A stretch of DNA of 64,000 nt, taken from NCBI GenBank assembly GCA_964349835.1, contig CAYGID010000005.1:990-64989 (forward strand). The letters are read 5' to 3'. The stretch's first letter is position 1. Each line of letters begins with the position of its first letter. A program made the translations under genes and the position numbers. The notes beneath the pieces are model-generated. The model did not search any database. It was not told the origin of the DNA and saw nothing but the letters and a program-made list of their open reading frames with translations. Shown piece after piece: positions 1 to 9,549 of the stretch. This stretch comes from an uncultured Bacteroidales bacterium (GTDB lineage Bacteria; Bacteroidota; Bacteroidia; Bacteroidales; UBA4181).

Positions 1-1414
1 CGATGAGTATCTGGTAGAGGTTCGCGATACCAAACGCGGTTTAGAAGAGCTTACCTCCGACATTCCCAATGTAAGCGAGGAGGCCACGCGCAACCTCGAC
101 GAGAACGGGTTGATTCGCATTGGTGCTCATGTGGTTCCGGGCGATATTCTGATTGGAAAGATTACCCCTAAGGGCGAGTCCGATCCTTCGCCCGAGGAGA
201 AACTGCTCAGGGCCATCTTCGGCGATAAGGCCGGCGATGTGAAGGACGCCTCTCTCAAAGCACCGCCATCGCTTTATGGTGTGGTGGTCGACAAGAAGCT
301 CTTTTCGCGCTCGGTGAAAGATAAAAAAGCGCGTTCGGCCGAGAAAATATTGCTTCAGAAGCTCGAAGACGATTTTTTCCGTAATACCGGTGAGTTGAAA
401 AACAAACTGGTGGAGAAACTCTTCTCTATCCTGAACGGCAAAACTTCGCAGGGTGTAAAAGATTACTACAATGTGGAGGTGGTAGCCAAAGGGGTGAAAT
501 TTACCCAGAAGGTTCTGATGGATATCGACTATTCGGTTGTGAATCCTCACAAGTGGACTGTCGACAAGCAGAAGAACGAGCAGATTGAGACGTTGATGCA
601 CAATTACAACCTGAAGTTCAGGGAGTACGATGCGCATTACAAACGCAGTAAATATAACATTACCATTGGCGATGAACTGCCTGCAGGCATCGTTCAGTTA
701 GCCAAGGTCTATATTGCCAAGAAGCGGAAAATCAAGGTGGGCGACAAGATGGCCGGACGCCACGGAAACAAGGGTATTGTATCGCGCGTGGTTCGTGCCG
801 AGGATATGCCCTTCCTGGAGGATGGAACCCCTGTTGATATTGTGCTCAACCCCTTGGGTGTACCTTCGCGTATGAACTTAGGACAGATTTACGAAACGGT
901 GTTGGGATGGGCCGGTAACCAGTTGGGTGTTAGGTTTTCGACCCCCATTTTCGACGGTGCATCTATGTCGGAGATCGATTTCTGGACCGATAAAGCCGGC
1001 ATTCCCCGTTATGGTCGCACATTCCTGACCGACGGCGGTACGGGCGAGCGTTTCGACCAGCCTGCAACAGTAGGTTTCATCTATATGCTGAAGCTGGGTC
1101 ATATGGTCGATGATAAGATGCACGCCCGTTCTATTGGACCCTATTCGCTGATTACGCAGCAGCCGTTGGGCGGAAAGGCCCAATTCGGCGGTCAGCGTTT
1201 TGGTGAGATGGAGGTTTGGGCACTCGAAGCGTTTGGTGCCTCGAACATCCTTCAAGAGATTCTTACCGTGAAATCGGACGATGTCATTGGCCGTGCCAAG
1301 ACCTACGAAGCCATTGTGAAGGGCGAACCGATGCCTCATCCGGGAATTCCCGAATCGTTCAATGTATTGCTTCATGAATTGAGAGGGCTTGGATTGAGTA
1401 TCAATCTGACTTGA
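1..1414 (+). CDS. rpoB: DNA-directed RNA polymerase subunit beta, C-terminal part (5' end lies upstream of the window)
   Basis: Frame is open from base 2 ([13 protein letters not shown]...) into the listed ORF. Carries beta-subunit signatures [14 protein letters not shown] and [18 protein letters not shown]. rpoC follows directly. Confidence 0.97.
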   Translation, partial: DEYLVEVRDTKRGLEELTSDIPNVSEEATRNLDENGLIRIGAHVVPGDILIGKITPKGESDPSPEEKLLRAIFGDKAGDVKDASLKAPPSLYGVVVDKKLFSRSVKDKKARSAEKILLQKLEDDFFRNTGELKNKLVEKLFSILNGKTSQGVKDYYNVEVVAKGVKFTQKVLMDIDYSVVNPHKWTVDKQKNEQIETLMHNYNLKFREYDAHYKRSKYNITIGDELPAGIVQLAKVYIAKKRKIKVGDKMAGRHGNKGIVSRVVRAEDMPFLEDGTPVDIVLNPLGVPSRMNLGQIYETVLGWAGNQLGVRFSTPIFDGASMSEIDFWTDKAGIPRYGRTFLTDGGTGERFDQPATVGFIYMLKLGHMVDDKMHARSIGPYSLITQQPLGGKAQFGGQRFGEMEVWALEAFGASNILQEILTVKSDDVIGRAKTYEAIVKGEPMPHPGIPESFNVLLHELRGLGLSINLT

Positions 1415-1426
1415 CATAAAATTTGC

Positions 1427-1451
1427 GCCGGGAGGGATTTTTCCTCCCGGC
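1427..1451 (+). other. Intercistronic stem-loop between rpoB and rpoC
   Basis: GCCGGGAGG (1427-1435) pairs perfectly with CCTCCCGGC (1443-1451) across a 7-nt loop. No adjacent U-tract, so a processing or attenuation site is more likely than a full terminator. Confidence 0.4.
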
Positions 1452-1505
1452 AGCAGGTTTTACGGAATGCGAATACGGGTGTTAACCACATATAATTGAC
1501 ACACT

Positions 1506-4500
1506 ATGTCATTTAGAAAAGAACCAAAAGTAAAAAGCAATTTTTCCAAAATCAGTATAGCCCTGGCGTCGCCCGAAGAGATTCTGGAACGCTCGAGTGG
1601 CGAAGTTCTCAAGCCCGAAACCATTAATTACAGAACCTACAAGCCCGAACGTGACGGACTCTTCTGTGAAAGGATTTTTGGACCTGTAAAGGACTACGAA
1701 TGCCATTGCGGAAAATATAAGAGAATACGTTACAAGGGAATCGTTTGCGACCGTTGCGGTGTAGAGGTTACCGAGAAGAAGGTTCGTCGCGAAAGGATGG
1801 GTCATATCCAGTTGGTGGTGCCGGTGGCTCACATCTGGTATTTCCGTTCGCTACCTAACAAGATTGGCTATTTGCTGGGGTTGCCCACCAAAAAGCTCGA
1901 TGCCATTATCTATTATGAGCGTTATGTAGTGGTTCAGGCCGGTATTAAATCGGCCGACGGAGTGCGCGATCTGGACTTCCTCACCGAAGAGGAGTATATG
2001 GCTCACATGGAGAGCCTTCCCCGCGAGAATCAAATGCTCGACGACGAAGATCCCAATAAGTTTATTGCCGACATGGGTGCTCCTGCACTCTACAAGCTAC
2101 TCGCCAAGACCGACCTCGATGAGTTGTCGTACCGTCTGCGCGACCAAGCCAGCAAGGAGACTTCTCAGCAACGTAAGAGCGAATCGCTTAAGCGTCTGCA
2201 GGTTGTTGAGGCTTTCCGCGAATCAAAGAATATTAACCGCCCCGAATGGATGATTGTGAAGGTTGTGCCGGTGATTCCCCCCGAGCTGCGCCCTCTGGTT
2301 CCGCTCGATGGTGGCCGTTTTGCCACCTCCGACCTGAACGATCTGTATCGCAGGGTGATTATCAGAAATAATCGTCTTAAACGACTTATTGAGATTAAGG
2401 CGCCCGAAGTGATTCTTCGCAACGAAAAGCGTATGCTTCAGGAGGCGGTCGATTCGCTGTTCGACAACTCCAGGAAGTCGAATGCGGTGAAGACCGATGC
2501 CAACCGTCCGTTGAAATCGCTCTCCGACAGTTTAAAAGGTAAGCAGGGTCGTTTCCGCCAGAACCTTTTGGGAAAGCGTGTTGACTACTCCGCTCGTTCG
2601 GTGATTGTTGTAGGTCCCGAATTGAAAATGCATGAGTGCGGGTTGCCCAAAGATATGGCTGCTGAACTTTACAAGCCTTTTATTATCAGGAAGTTGATAG
2701 AAAGAGGGATTGTAAAAACGGTGAAGTCGGCCAAGAAGATTGTCGACCGTAAGGATGCTGTGATTTGGGATATTCTTGAGAATGTTCTGAAAGGCCATCC
2801 TGTGTTGCTAAACCGTGCTCCTACGCTCCACCGTTTGGGTATTCAGTCTTTCCAGCCTAAGTTGGTTGAGGGTAAAGCCATTCAGTTGCATCCTCTGGTT
2901 TGTACCGCGTTCAATGCCGACTTCGACGGCGACCAGATGGCTGTGCATCTCCCTCTGGGGAACCCTGCCATTCTGGAGGCTCAAATGTTAATGCTTGCCT
3001 CGCACAATATTCTTAACCCTGCCAACGGAGCTCCCATCACGGTGCCTTCGCAAGACATGGTTTTGGGTCTCTATTATATTACCAAAGAGCGCAAGAGTAG
3101 CCCTCAATATAAAGTGAAGGGCGAAGGGCTGGTTTTCTATTCGCCCGAAGAGGTAACCATTGCCTATAACGAAAAGAAGGTCGAACTGCATGCCGGCGTC
3201 AGGGTTCGCCTCGATACTATTGAGGATGGAAAGCCTGTTCGCAAACTGATGGAAACCACGGTGGGACGTGTGATTTTTAACGAATCCGTTCCCAGGAAGG
3301 TGGGCTACATCAATGAGCTGCTTACCAAGAAATCGTTGCGCGATATTATTAGTCTGGTATTGAAGATAACCGGTACGGCTCGTACGGCGCAGTTCCTCGA
3401 CGACATTAAGTCGTTGGGTTACCAGATGGCTTTCCGCGGTGGTCTTTCTTTTAACCTCGGTGATGTAATTATTCCCGAAGAGAAGAAAACTCTGGTGAAG
3501 GAGGGATATGAACAGGTTGATGAGGTGTTGCTGAACTACAGCTCCGGTTTTATTACCAATAATGAGCGTTACAACCAGATCATTGACATCTGGACGCATA
3601 CCAATGCCAAACTCACCAATATTCTGATGAAGCAGTTGGCCGAGGATAATGGCGGATTTAACGCGGTTTACATGATGCTCGATTCGGGCGCCCGCGGTTC
3701 GAAAGAGCAGATTCGTCAGCTTTCGGGTATGCGTGGTTTGATGGCGAAACCCCAAAAATCGGGTTCAACCGGTTCGGAGATTATTGAGAATCCTATCTTG
3801 GCCAACTTTAAGGAGGGACTTTCGGTTCTTGAGTATTTTATCTCTACCCACGGTGCTCGTAAGGGTTTGGCCGATACGGCGCTCAAAACGGCCGACGCCG
3901 GCTATTTGACCCGTCGTTTGGTTGATGTGTCGCAGGATGTGATTATTACAGAGCCTGACTGCGGAACGCTCCGCGGTTTGGTGGCAACCACTATCAAGAA
4001 AAACGAAGATGTGGTTGAAACCTTATTCGAGCGTATTTTGGGCCGGACTACGGTTCACGATGTGTACCACCCTTTTACCGGCGTACTGCTGGTAGCCTCT
4101 GGTGATGAGATTACCGAGGATATTGCAAAAGCCATTGAAAATTCGCCTATCGAACAGGTTGAGATCCGTTCGGTGCTGACCTGCGAATCGAGAAAGGGTG
4201 TTTGTGCTAAATGTTATGGCCGCAATTTGGCCAACGGGCGCATGGTTTCCATGGGCGAAGCGGTGGGTGTAATTGCTGCCCAGTCTATTGGTGAGCCCGG
4301 TACCCAGCTTACTCTCCGTACTTTCCACGTGGGTGGTGTGGCCGGCGGTGTTTCGGCCGACTCACGGATTTTGACCAAGTACGAAGGAACGGTTGAGATT
4401 GAAGAGTTGCGTATGGTTGAACGTACCAACGAAGCTGGCAATCCTTTCTGGATTGTTGTAGGACGTTTGGCAGAGTATCGCCTCATCGACAAGAATACCG

Positions 4501-5822
4501 GCATTACCCTGTCGACTCAGAATATCCCCTACGGTGCTACGCTCTTTGTACAGCCCGGTCAGGATGTGAAGAAGGATACGTTGGTTTGCCAATGGGATCC
4601 CTACAATGCAGTGATTGTTTCGGAAGTACCCGGAAAGGTCTCTTTCGACCACTTGATTGAGGGGATTACCTTCCGCGAAGAGTCGGACGAGCAGACCGGT
4701 TATACCGAGAAGGTGATTGTGGAGTCGCGCGATAAGACCAAGAATCCTGTGGTTCATATTCTTTCGTCCGATGGCGAGGTGCTTCGCACCTATAACCTGC
4801 CCCTTGGGGCACACGTTTCGGTTGATGAAGGGGCTACTGTTACTGCTGGCGATATCTTGGTTAAGATTCCGCGTGCAGTTGGCAAGTCGGGCGATATTAC
4901 CGGGGGTCTTCCCCGTGTTACCGAGTTGTTTGAGGCGCGTAATCCTTCGAATCCTGCCGTTGTGTCGGAAATCGATGGTGAGGTCAGCTTTGGTAAGATT
5001 AAGAGAGGTAACCGCGAGATTGTGGTGACTTCGAAAACCAATGAGGTGAAACGGTATCTTGTTCCGCTCTCGAAGCAGATTCTGGTACAGGAGAGCGATT
5101 ATGTCCGCGCGGGCTTGCCCCTCTCCGATGGTGCCGTTACCCCTTCCGACATTCTGGCTATCAAAGGTCCCACAAAGGTTCAGGAGTATATTGTAAATGA
5201 GGTTCAGGAGGTATATCGCTTGCAGGGTGTGAAGATTAACGATAAGCACTTTGAGGTAATTGTACGCCAGATGATGCGGAAAGTTGAGATTCAGGATCCC
5301 GGCGATACACGGTTCCTTGAGAACCTGGTGGTAGACAAGTGGGAGTTCATGGAAGAGAACGACGCTATTTATGGGATGAAGGTTGTTATTGAACCCGGCG
5401 ATTCAGGTCTGCGTGCCGGTCAGATCATTTCGGCCCGTAAGCTTCGCGATGAGAATTCTGCGCTGAAGCGGCGCGACGCCCGCCTGATAGAGGCTCGTGA
5501 TGCCGTTCCTGCCACATCGCGTCAGATTCTTCAGGGAATTACCCGTGCTGCCTTGCAGACCAGAAGCTTTATTTCGGCCGCTTCGTTCCAGGAGACCAAT
5601 AAGGTTCTGAATGAGGCTGCGATCTTTGGCAAGGTAGACAACCTCGAAGGGCTGAAAGAGAATGTGATTGTGGGTCATTTGATTCCTGCCGGTACCGGTT
5701 TGCGCGACTATCAGAAGATTATTGTGGGATCGCGCGAAGATTTCGAACGGATGCAGGCCTCACAGGTGGTACCCATTTCGGATGAGTTCGATGATGTTGG
5801 TTTAGATCTTGATGTTGAGTAG
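1506..5822 (+). CDS. rpoC: DNA-directed RNA polymerase subunit beta prime
   Basis: 1438-aa ORF with the Zn-finger [23 protein letters not shown] and the catalytic [12 protein letters not shown] motif. Lies 91 nt after rpoB. Confidence 0.98.
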   Translation: MSFRKEPKVKSNFSKISIALASPEEILERSSGEVLKPETINYRTYKPERDGLFCERIFGPVKDYECHCGKYKRIRYKGIVCDRCGVEVTEKKVRRERMGHIQLVVPVAHIWYFRSLPNKIGYLLGLPTKKLDAIIYYERYVVVQAGIKSADGVRDLDFLTEEEYMAHMESLPRENQMLDDEDPNKFIADMGAPALYKLLAKTDLDELSYRLRDQASKETSQQRKSESLKRLQVVEAFRESKNINRPEWMIVKVVPVIPPELRPLVPLDGGRFATSDLNDLYRRVIIRNNRLKRLIEIKAPEVILRNEKRMLQEAVDSLFDNSRKSNAVKTDANRPLKSLSDSLKGKQGRFRQNLLGKRVDYSARSVIVVGPELKMHECGLPKDMAAELYKPFIIRKLIERGIVKTVKSAKKIVDRKDAVIWDILENVLKGHPVLLNRAPTLHRLGIQSFQPKLVEGKAIQLHPLVCTAFNADFDGDQMAVHLPLGNPAILEAQMLMLASHNILNPANGAPITVPSQDMVLGLYYITKERKSSPQYKVKGEGLVFYSPEEVTIAYNEKKVELHAGVRVRLDTIEDGKPVRKLMETTVGRVIFNESVPRKVGYINELLTKKSLRDIISLVLKITGTARTAQFLDDIKSLGYQMAFRGGLSFNLGDVIIPEEKKTLVKEGYEQVDEVLLNYSSGFITNNERYNQIIDIWTHTNAKLTNILMKQLAEDNGGFNAVYMMLDSGARGSKEQIRQLSGMRGLMAKPQKSGSTGSEIIENPILANFKEGLSVLEYFISTHGARKGLADTALKTADAGYLTRRLVDVSQDVIITEPDCGTLRGLVATTIKKNEDVVETLFERILGRTTVHDVYHPFTGVLLVASGDEITEDIAKAIENSPIEQVEIRSVLTCESRKGVCAKCYGRNLANGRMVSMGEAVGVIAAQSIGEPGTQLTLRTFHVGGVAGGVSADSRILTKYEGTVEIEELRMVERTNEAGNPFWIVVGRLAEYRLIDKNTGITLSTQNIPYGATLFVQPGQDVKKDTLVCQWDPYNAVIVSEVPGKVSFDHLIEGITFREESDEQTGYTEKVIVESRDKTKNPVVHILSSDGEVLRTYNLPLGAHVSVDEGATVTAGDILVKIPRAVGKSGDITGGLPRVTELFEARNPSNPAVVSEIDGEVSFGKIKRGNREIVVTSKTNEVKRYLVPLSKQILVQESDYVRAGLPLSDGAVTPSDILAIKGPTKVQEYIVNEVQEVYRLQGVKINDKHFEVIVRQMMRKVEIQDPGDTRFLENLVVDKWEFMEENDAIYGMKVVIEPGDSGLRAGQIISARKLRDENSALKRRDARLIEARDAVPATSRQILQGITRAALQTRSFISAASFQETNKVLNEAAIFGKVDNLEGLKENVIVGHLIPAGTGLRDYQKIIVGSREDFERMQASQVVPISDEFDDVGLDLDVE

Positions 5823-5823
5823 T

Positions 5824-6138
5824 ATGGAACGTGAACATCCACAGGTGAATCTGAAGCTTTCGGAAGAGGTTGTTGGTGGTGAGTATGTGAATCTCGCCAT
5901 TATAGCCCATTCATCGAGTGAGTTTGTGTTCGATTTTGCTATTGTTTTGCCGGGTATCGAACAACCGGAGGTGAGTTCTCGCCTGATTATGGCGCCAGAA
6001 CATGCCAAGCGGTTGTTGTTGGCCCTACGCGACAACATTGAAAAATATGAATCGCAGTTTGGTAAGATCAGGCTGTTGGCCGGTGGCGAAGGGTTGCCGC
6101 CTGCCATGGGACCGGGGATACCTACAGCGCAGGCTTAA
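5824..6138 (+). CDS. DUF3467-family small protein, function unknown
   Basis: ATG at 5824 is one nt after the rpoC stop; the ORF-track start at 5809 would overlap rpoC. The core GEYVNLAIIAHSSSEFVFDFA...PEHAKRLLLALRDNIEKYESQFG matches my recollection of the DUF3467 signature. A strong terminator follows. Confidence 0.75.
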   Translation: MEREHPQVNLKLSEEVVGGEYVNLAIIAHSSSEFVFDFAIVLPGIEQPEVSSRLIMAPEHAKRLLLALRDNIEKYESQFGKIRLLAGGEGLPPAMGPGIPTAQA

Positions 6139-6210
6139 AGTTTAGTGTTTGTTAGTTTGTTTGGTTGTTAGTTTGGTTGTTTGTTTGTTTTCATTCTGTT
6201 TGTTGAGAAA

Positions 6211-6244
6211 GGGGGCTTCCTGTTGGGAAGCCTCTTTTTTTTGG
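6211..6244 (+). terminator. Rho-independent terminator of the rpoBC-DUF3467 unit
   Basis: GGCTTCC (6214-6220) pairs with GGAAGCC (6226-6232) across a 5-nt loop, extendable by G-C/G-U pairs, and is followed by an 8-T run (6235-6242). Confidence 0.8.
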
Positions 6245-6294
6245 TGCCTACTCCGAAATGATTGTTAATTTAGAGCCTTTGTTTGTAAGTGGAT

Positions 6295-6756
6295 ATGGGT
6301 TTGCAAAGGCTAAATTTCCCGCAGTATCCCTTCTCGGTACGGTTGCGTGAGGGGAAAGAGTATGTTTTTGATCGGATTCGTGGCAGATACGTGCGCCTCA
6401 CCCCGGAAGAGTGGGTGCGACAGCATGTTGTGCGTTATCTGGTTGCGGAGAGGGGGGTGCCCGAAGGCCTTATCTCGGTAGAGAAGGGAGTGGCACTGTA
6501 CGGTAAGCAGTTTCGGTACGACGCGATGGTTTGTAACAGGGCTATGCAACCGGTGATGCTTGTGGAGTGCAAGGCTCCGGAGATTTCTCTAGGTCAGGAT
6601 GTTATGCAACAGGTGGCTCGCTATAACTTTTTGCATCATGTGAGGTACCTTTTTATCTCGAATGGTTTGGTACACTACTGTTGCGAAATGGATTTTTCGA
6701 CCGGTACCTGGCAATTCCTGCCTCAGATTCCCCATTATAGTGAATTGGCGGGCTAG
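6295..6756 (+). CDS. HsdR_N-type (type I restriction enzyme R N-terminal domain-like) PD-(D/E)xK nuclease-fold protein, stand-alone
   Basis: ATG at 6295; the track start at 6289 is GTG. Has a D...ECK core (YDAMVCNRAMQPVMLVECKAPEISL) typical of the PD-(D/E)xK fold, and the size and pattern resemble Bacteroidota HsdR_N domain proteins. Confidence 0.65.
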   Translation: MGLQRLNFPQYPFSVRLREGKEYVFDRIRGRYVRLTPEEWVRQHVVRYLVAERGVPEGLISVEKGVALYGKQFRYDAMVCNRAMQPVMLVECKAPEISLGQDVMQQVARYNFLHHVRYLFISNGLVHYCCEMDFSTGTWQFLPQIPHYSELAG

Positions 6757-6802
6757 CCATCCGAATCAAAGTGCGCGATTACCAAGAAATGAGGGTTCGG
6801 AG

Positions 6803-7360
6803 TTAATCGGCTACAATAGCCGATAGGGGAGAGTCGAGAAAATATTGGAGAAACACTTCGTCTTGCCACCCTTCGGGGGTCAGAATCCATTTCCGCTTGA
6901 TGCCGGTTTGCAGAAAGCCCGCATTGAAAAAGAGGTTGAGGCTTTGTCGGTTGTCGGCACGGACGTTGCACCAAACTTGCTGCATCAGGAGCACCTTTTC
7001 GCAGTAGCTGAGAAGCAGACGCAGTGCCTCGCGGGCATATCCCTGGCGGCGATCTTCAGGCTCGGCAATCATGATGCCTGTTCCTGCCCTGCCAAAGATG
7101 GGTTCATACTCAAAGAGGTCGATGGTTCCTATGGTTTTGTTTTTTTGCAGCGTGGTAATCATGAAGCGAATCTGGCGGGTCTGAAAGATGTCGGCTCTTG
7201 AATTACGGATAAATTGTCGAAGTGAATTTTTTGAGAGGGGAACCACTGTTTGGCCGAACTGCCAGATGCCGGGATCGTTTTCCCACCGATATAGCCATTT
7301 TGTGTCGGAGGGTTCGGGAGAGCGAAGGAAAATCTTTTCTCCCCTGAGGATGTTTTCCAT
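6803..7360 (-). CDS. GNAT family N-acetyltransferase (RimJ/RimL-like)
   Basis: Acetyl-CoA binding motif A, RRQGYAREALRLLL, within GNAT-like beta-alpha topology. ATG at 7360 is preferred because the TTG at 7378 sits inside a -7 promoter box. Confidence 0.85.
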   Translation of the reverse strand: MENILRGEKIFLRSPEPSDTKWLYRWENDPGIWQFGQTVVPLSKNSLRQFIRNSRADIFQTRQIRFMITTLQKNKTIGTIDLFEYEPIFGRAGTGIMIAEPEDRRQGYAREALRLLLSYCEKVLLMQQVWCNVRADNRQSLNLFFNAGFLQTGIKRKWILTPEGWQDEVFLQYFLDSPLSAIVAD

Positions 7361-7375
7361 TGGGCTGTGTTTTTG

Positions 7376-7383
7376 CAAACCTA
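7376..7383 (-). promoter_or_regulatory. Candidate Bacteroidetes -7 promoter box for the GNAT gene
   Basis: Reverse complement reads TAGGTTTG, matching TAnnTTTG. About 15 nt upstream of ATG 7360. Confidence 0.4.
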
Positions 7384-7453
7384 CATTTTTTTTCAGGAAT
7401 ACAAAACAGCCCGTCCAGGCCTTTGGGGGGCTTGTTCTATTGGTTTTCTTTTG

Positions 7454-7461
7454 TATTTTTG
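7454..7461 (+). promoter_or_regulatory. Candidate -7 promoter box for the etfBA-acd operon
   Basis: TATTTTTG matches TAnnTTTG, but it lies about 104 nt upstream of the etfB ATG, implying a long leader. Confidence 0.3.
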
Positions 7462-7565
7462 CCTTTCGCGAATGTCATCTCCGTGCGATTCCGGGCTTTT
7501 CGTAACTCCGGCCCATTTTCGGAGTCGGACAGGGCGCTTATGCATAAACCACAGATTGTAAACTA

Positions 7566-8438
7566 ATGGGATTAAAAATTATTGTACTTGCCAAACAGGT
7601 TCCTGATACCCGTAATGTTGGAAAGGATGCCATGAAGGAAGACGGTACGGTGAACCGTGCCGCATTACCTGCTATTTTCAATCCGGAAGACCTGAATGCC
7701 CTGGAACAGGCTCTTCGTTTAAAGGAGGCGCATCCCGGTACCGAAGTAACTATCCTTACCATGGGGCCCACCCGGGCAGCCGATATCATCCGTGAGGGTC
7801 TTTTCAGAGGAGCCGATGGGGGTTATCTTTTAACCGACCGGGCTTTTGCCGGATCGGATACACTTGCCACTTCGTATGCCATTGCCTGTGCCATCAGGAA
7901 GATCGGGCTTCCCGATATGATTATCTGCGGACGGCAGGCTATCGACGGAGATACCGCGCAGGTTGGCCCTCAGGTTGCCGAGAAACTGGGTTTCATTCAG
8001 GTTACTTATGCCGAAGAGATTAAGCCTGTTAAGGATGGTAAGGTTCAGATTAAAAGACGTATTGGCGGAGGTGTTGAGCTGGTTGAGAGCCCGCTTCCCC
8101 TGGTTGTAACAGTAAACGGTTCTGCTCCCGATTGCCGGCCTCGTAATGCCCGCCTGGTGATGAAGTATAAGAAGGCCGGTTCTACTACCGAGCGGCAGTC
8201 GGCCAATGAGGATTATCTTTCGTTTTGCTGCCAGCACCCCTATCTGCATATTGAGGAGATTGGCTTCAAGGATATCGATGCAAAGATTGAGGAGTGCGGC
8301 CTTTCCGGTTCGCCCACCAAAGTGAAGAAGATCGAGAATGTGGTTTTTCAGGCAAAAGAGTCGATGGTGCTTTCCGCTTCGGTTAACGATATCGACAAAC
8401 TGATGAGAGAACTCATTTCGAATCATACCCTGGGTTAA
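7566..8438 (+). CDS. etfB: Electron transfer flavoprotein subunit beta
   Basis: N-terminus MGLKIIVLAKQVPDT and the overall EtfB pattern. Directly precedes etfA. Confidence 0.93.
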   Translation: MGLKIIVLAKQVPDTRNVGKDAMKEDGTVNRAALPAIFNPEDLNALEQALRLKEAHPGTEVTILTMGPTRAADIIREGLFRGADGGYLLTDRAFAGSDTLATSYAIACAIRKIGLPDMIICGRQAIDGDTAQVGPQVAEKLGFIQVTYAEEIKPVKDGKVQIKRRIGGGVELVESPLPLVVTVNGSAPDCRPRNARLVMKYKKAGSTTERQSANEDYLSFCCQHPYLHIEEIGFKDIDAKIEECGLSGSPTKVKKIENVVFQAKESMVLSASVNDIDKLMRELISNHTLG

Positions 8439-8491
8439 CCCGGGCATTAATGCATTTTATCAACCATACGGAACCGGAAAATTTGTAAAAT

Positions 8492-9511
8492 ATGAACAAT
8501 ATATTTGTCTATTGTGAAGTAGAAAACGGGGTGATTTCAGAAGTGAGTCTTGAGTTATGTACGAAAGGCCGCAAACTGGCAAATCAGCTGAATTGTAAAC
8601 TGGAGGCTGTAGTTCTGGGTAACGGATTATCGGAGGTGCCTTCCCAGATCTTGCCTTTTGGGGTAGATGTGCTTCATCTGGCCGATGACCCACGCCTGGA
8701 GCCCTATACCACCCAGCCCCATTCCTCGCTGGTTGTAAAATTATTTGAGGAGGAGAAACCCCAGATTGCTTTGATGGGGGCAACCCCTATCGGTCGTGAT
8801 TTGGGCCCCCGTATTTCGAGTGCTCTGCACAGCGGTCTTACTGCCGACTGTACTTCGCTCGAAATTGGCGAACACGAAGATAAGAAGCAGAACAAAGTAT
8901 ACACCGACCTGCTCTACCAAATCAGGCCTGCCTTTGGCGGTAACATTATTGCCACTATCATCAATCCCGATTGTCGTCCTCAGATGGCTACCGTTCGCGA
9001 AGGGGTGATGAAAAAGGAGGTTTACAATCTGCGGCACTCCGGAGAGGTTAGGCAATTAGATGTGAACAACTATGTGGTGGCCGAAGATTTTTTGGTTTCG
9101 GTGATTGAACGTCATGTCGAAAAGTCGAAGGTGAACATCAAGGGAGCCTCTATTGTGGTGGCCGGTGGCTACGGCATGGGTTCGCGCGAAGGTTTTAACC
9201 AGTTGTTTGAATTGGCCTCTGTTCTGGGAGCCGAAGTGGGTGCATCTCGTGCCGCTGTGGATGCCGGATTTGCCGATCACGACCGGCAGGTTGGACAGAC
9301 CGGAGTTACCATCCGCCCTAAATTGTATATCGCCTGCGGTATTTCCGGACAGGTTCAGCATATTGCAGGCATGCAGGAGTCGGCCATGATTATCTCGGTG
9401 AATATCGACCCGCATGCCCCCATTAATGCGCTGGCCGACTATGTGATTGTTGGCGATGTGGGCGAGGTGATTCCCAGGCTCATCAAATCGTATAAGCAGA
9501 ACACCAAGTAG
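8492..9511 (+). CDS. etfA: Electron transfer flavoprotein subunit alpha
   Basis: C-terminal FAD-binding signature PKLYIACGISGQVQHIAGM. Paired with etfB. Confidence 0.93.
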   Translation: MNNIFVYCEVENGVISEVSLELCTKGRKLANQLNCKLEAVVLGNGLSEVPSQILPFGVDVLHLADDPRLEPYTTQPHSSLVVKLFEEEKPQIALMGATPIGRDLGPRISSALHSGLTADCTSLEIGEHEDKKQNKVYTDLLYQIRPAFGGNIIATIINPDCRPQMATVREGVMKKEVYNLRHSGEVRQLDVNNYVVAEDFLVSVIERHVEKSKVNIKGASIVVAGGYGMGSREGFNQLFELASVLGAEVGASRAAVDAGFADHDRQVGQTGVTIRPKLYIACGISGQVQHIAGMQESAMIISVNIDPHAPINALADYVIVGDVGEVIPRLIKSYKQNTK

Positions 9512-9549
9512 GGTGGCTTAGTTGTTTCACACTTTAGTAAATTAACCAT

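Noticed and set aside
6295-7360. Reading the HsdR_N-like nuclease plus the GNAT gene as a two-gene defence or toxin-antitoxin module.
   Set aside because: The genes are convergent, not co-transcribed, and are separated by 46 nt. Each has its own context, and neither has a partner typical of known defence systems within the window.
7360-7566. Small ORFs of 64-68 aa, and a 105-aa ORF from 7188, filling the GNAT-etfB intergenic region.
   Set aside because: The start I checked (the 68-aa ORF at 7360) is a non-ATG TTG. The ORFs run across the two divergent promoter boxes, and their translations are Phe/Ser/Arg-rich with no motif. The region is better explained as a promoter plus an etfB leader.
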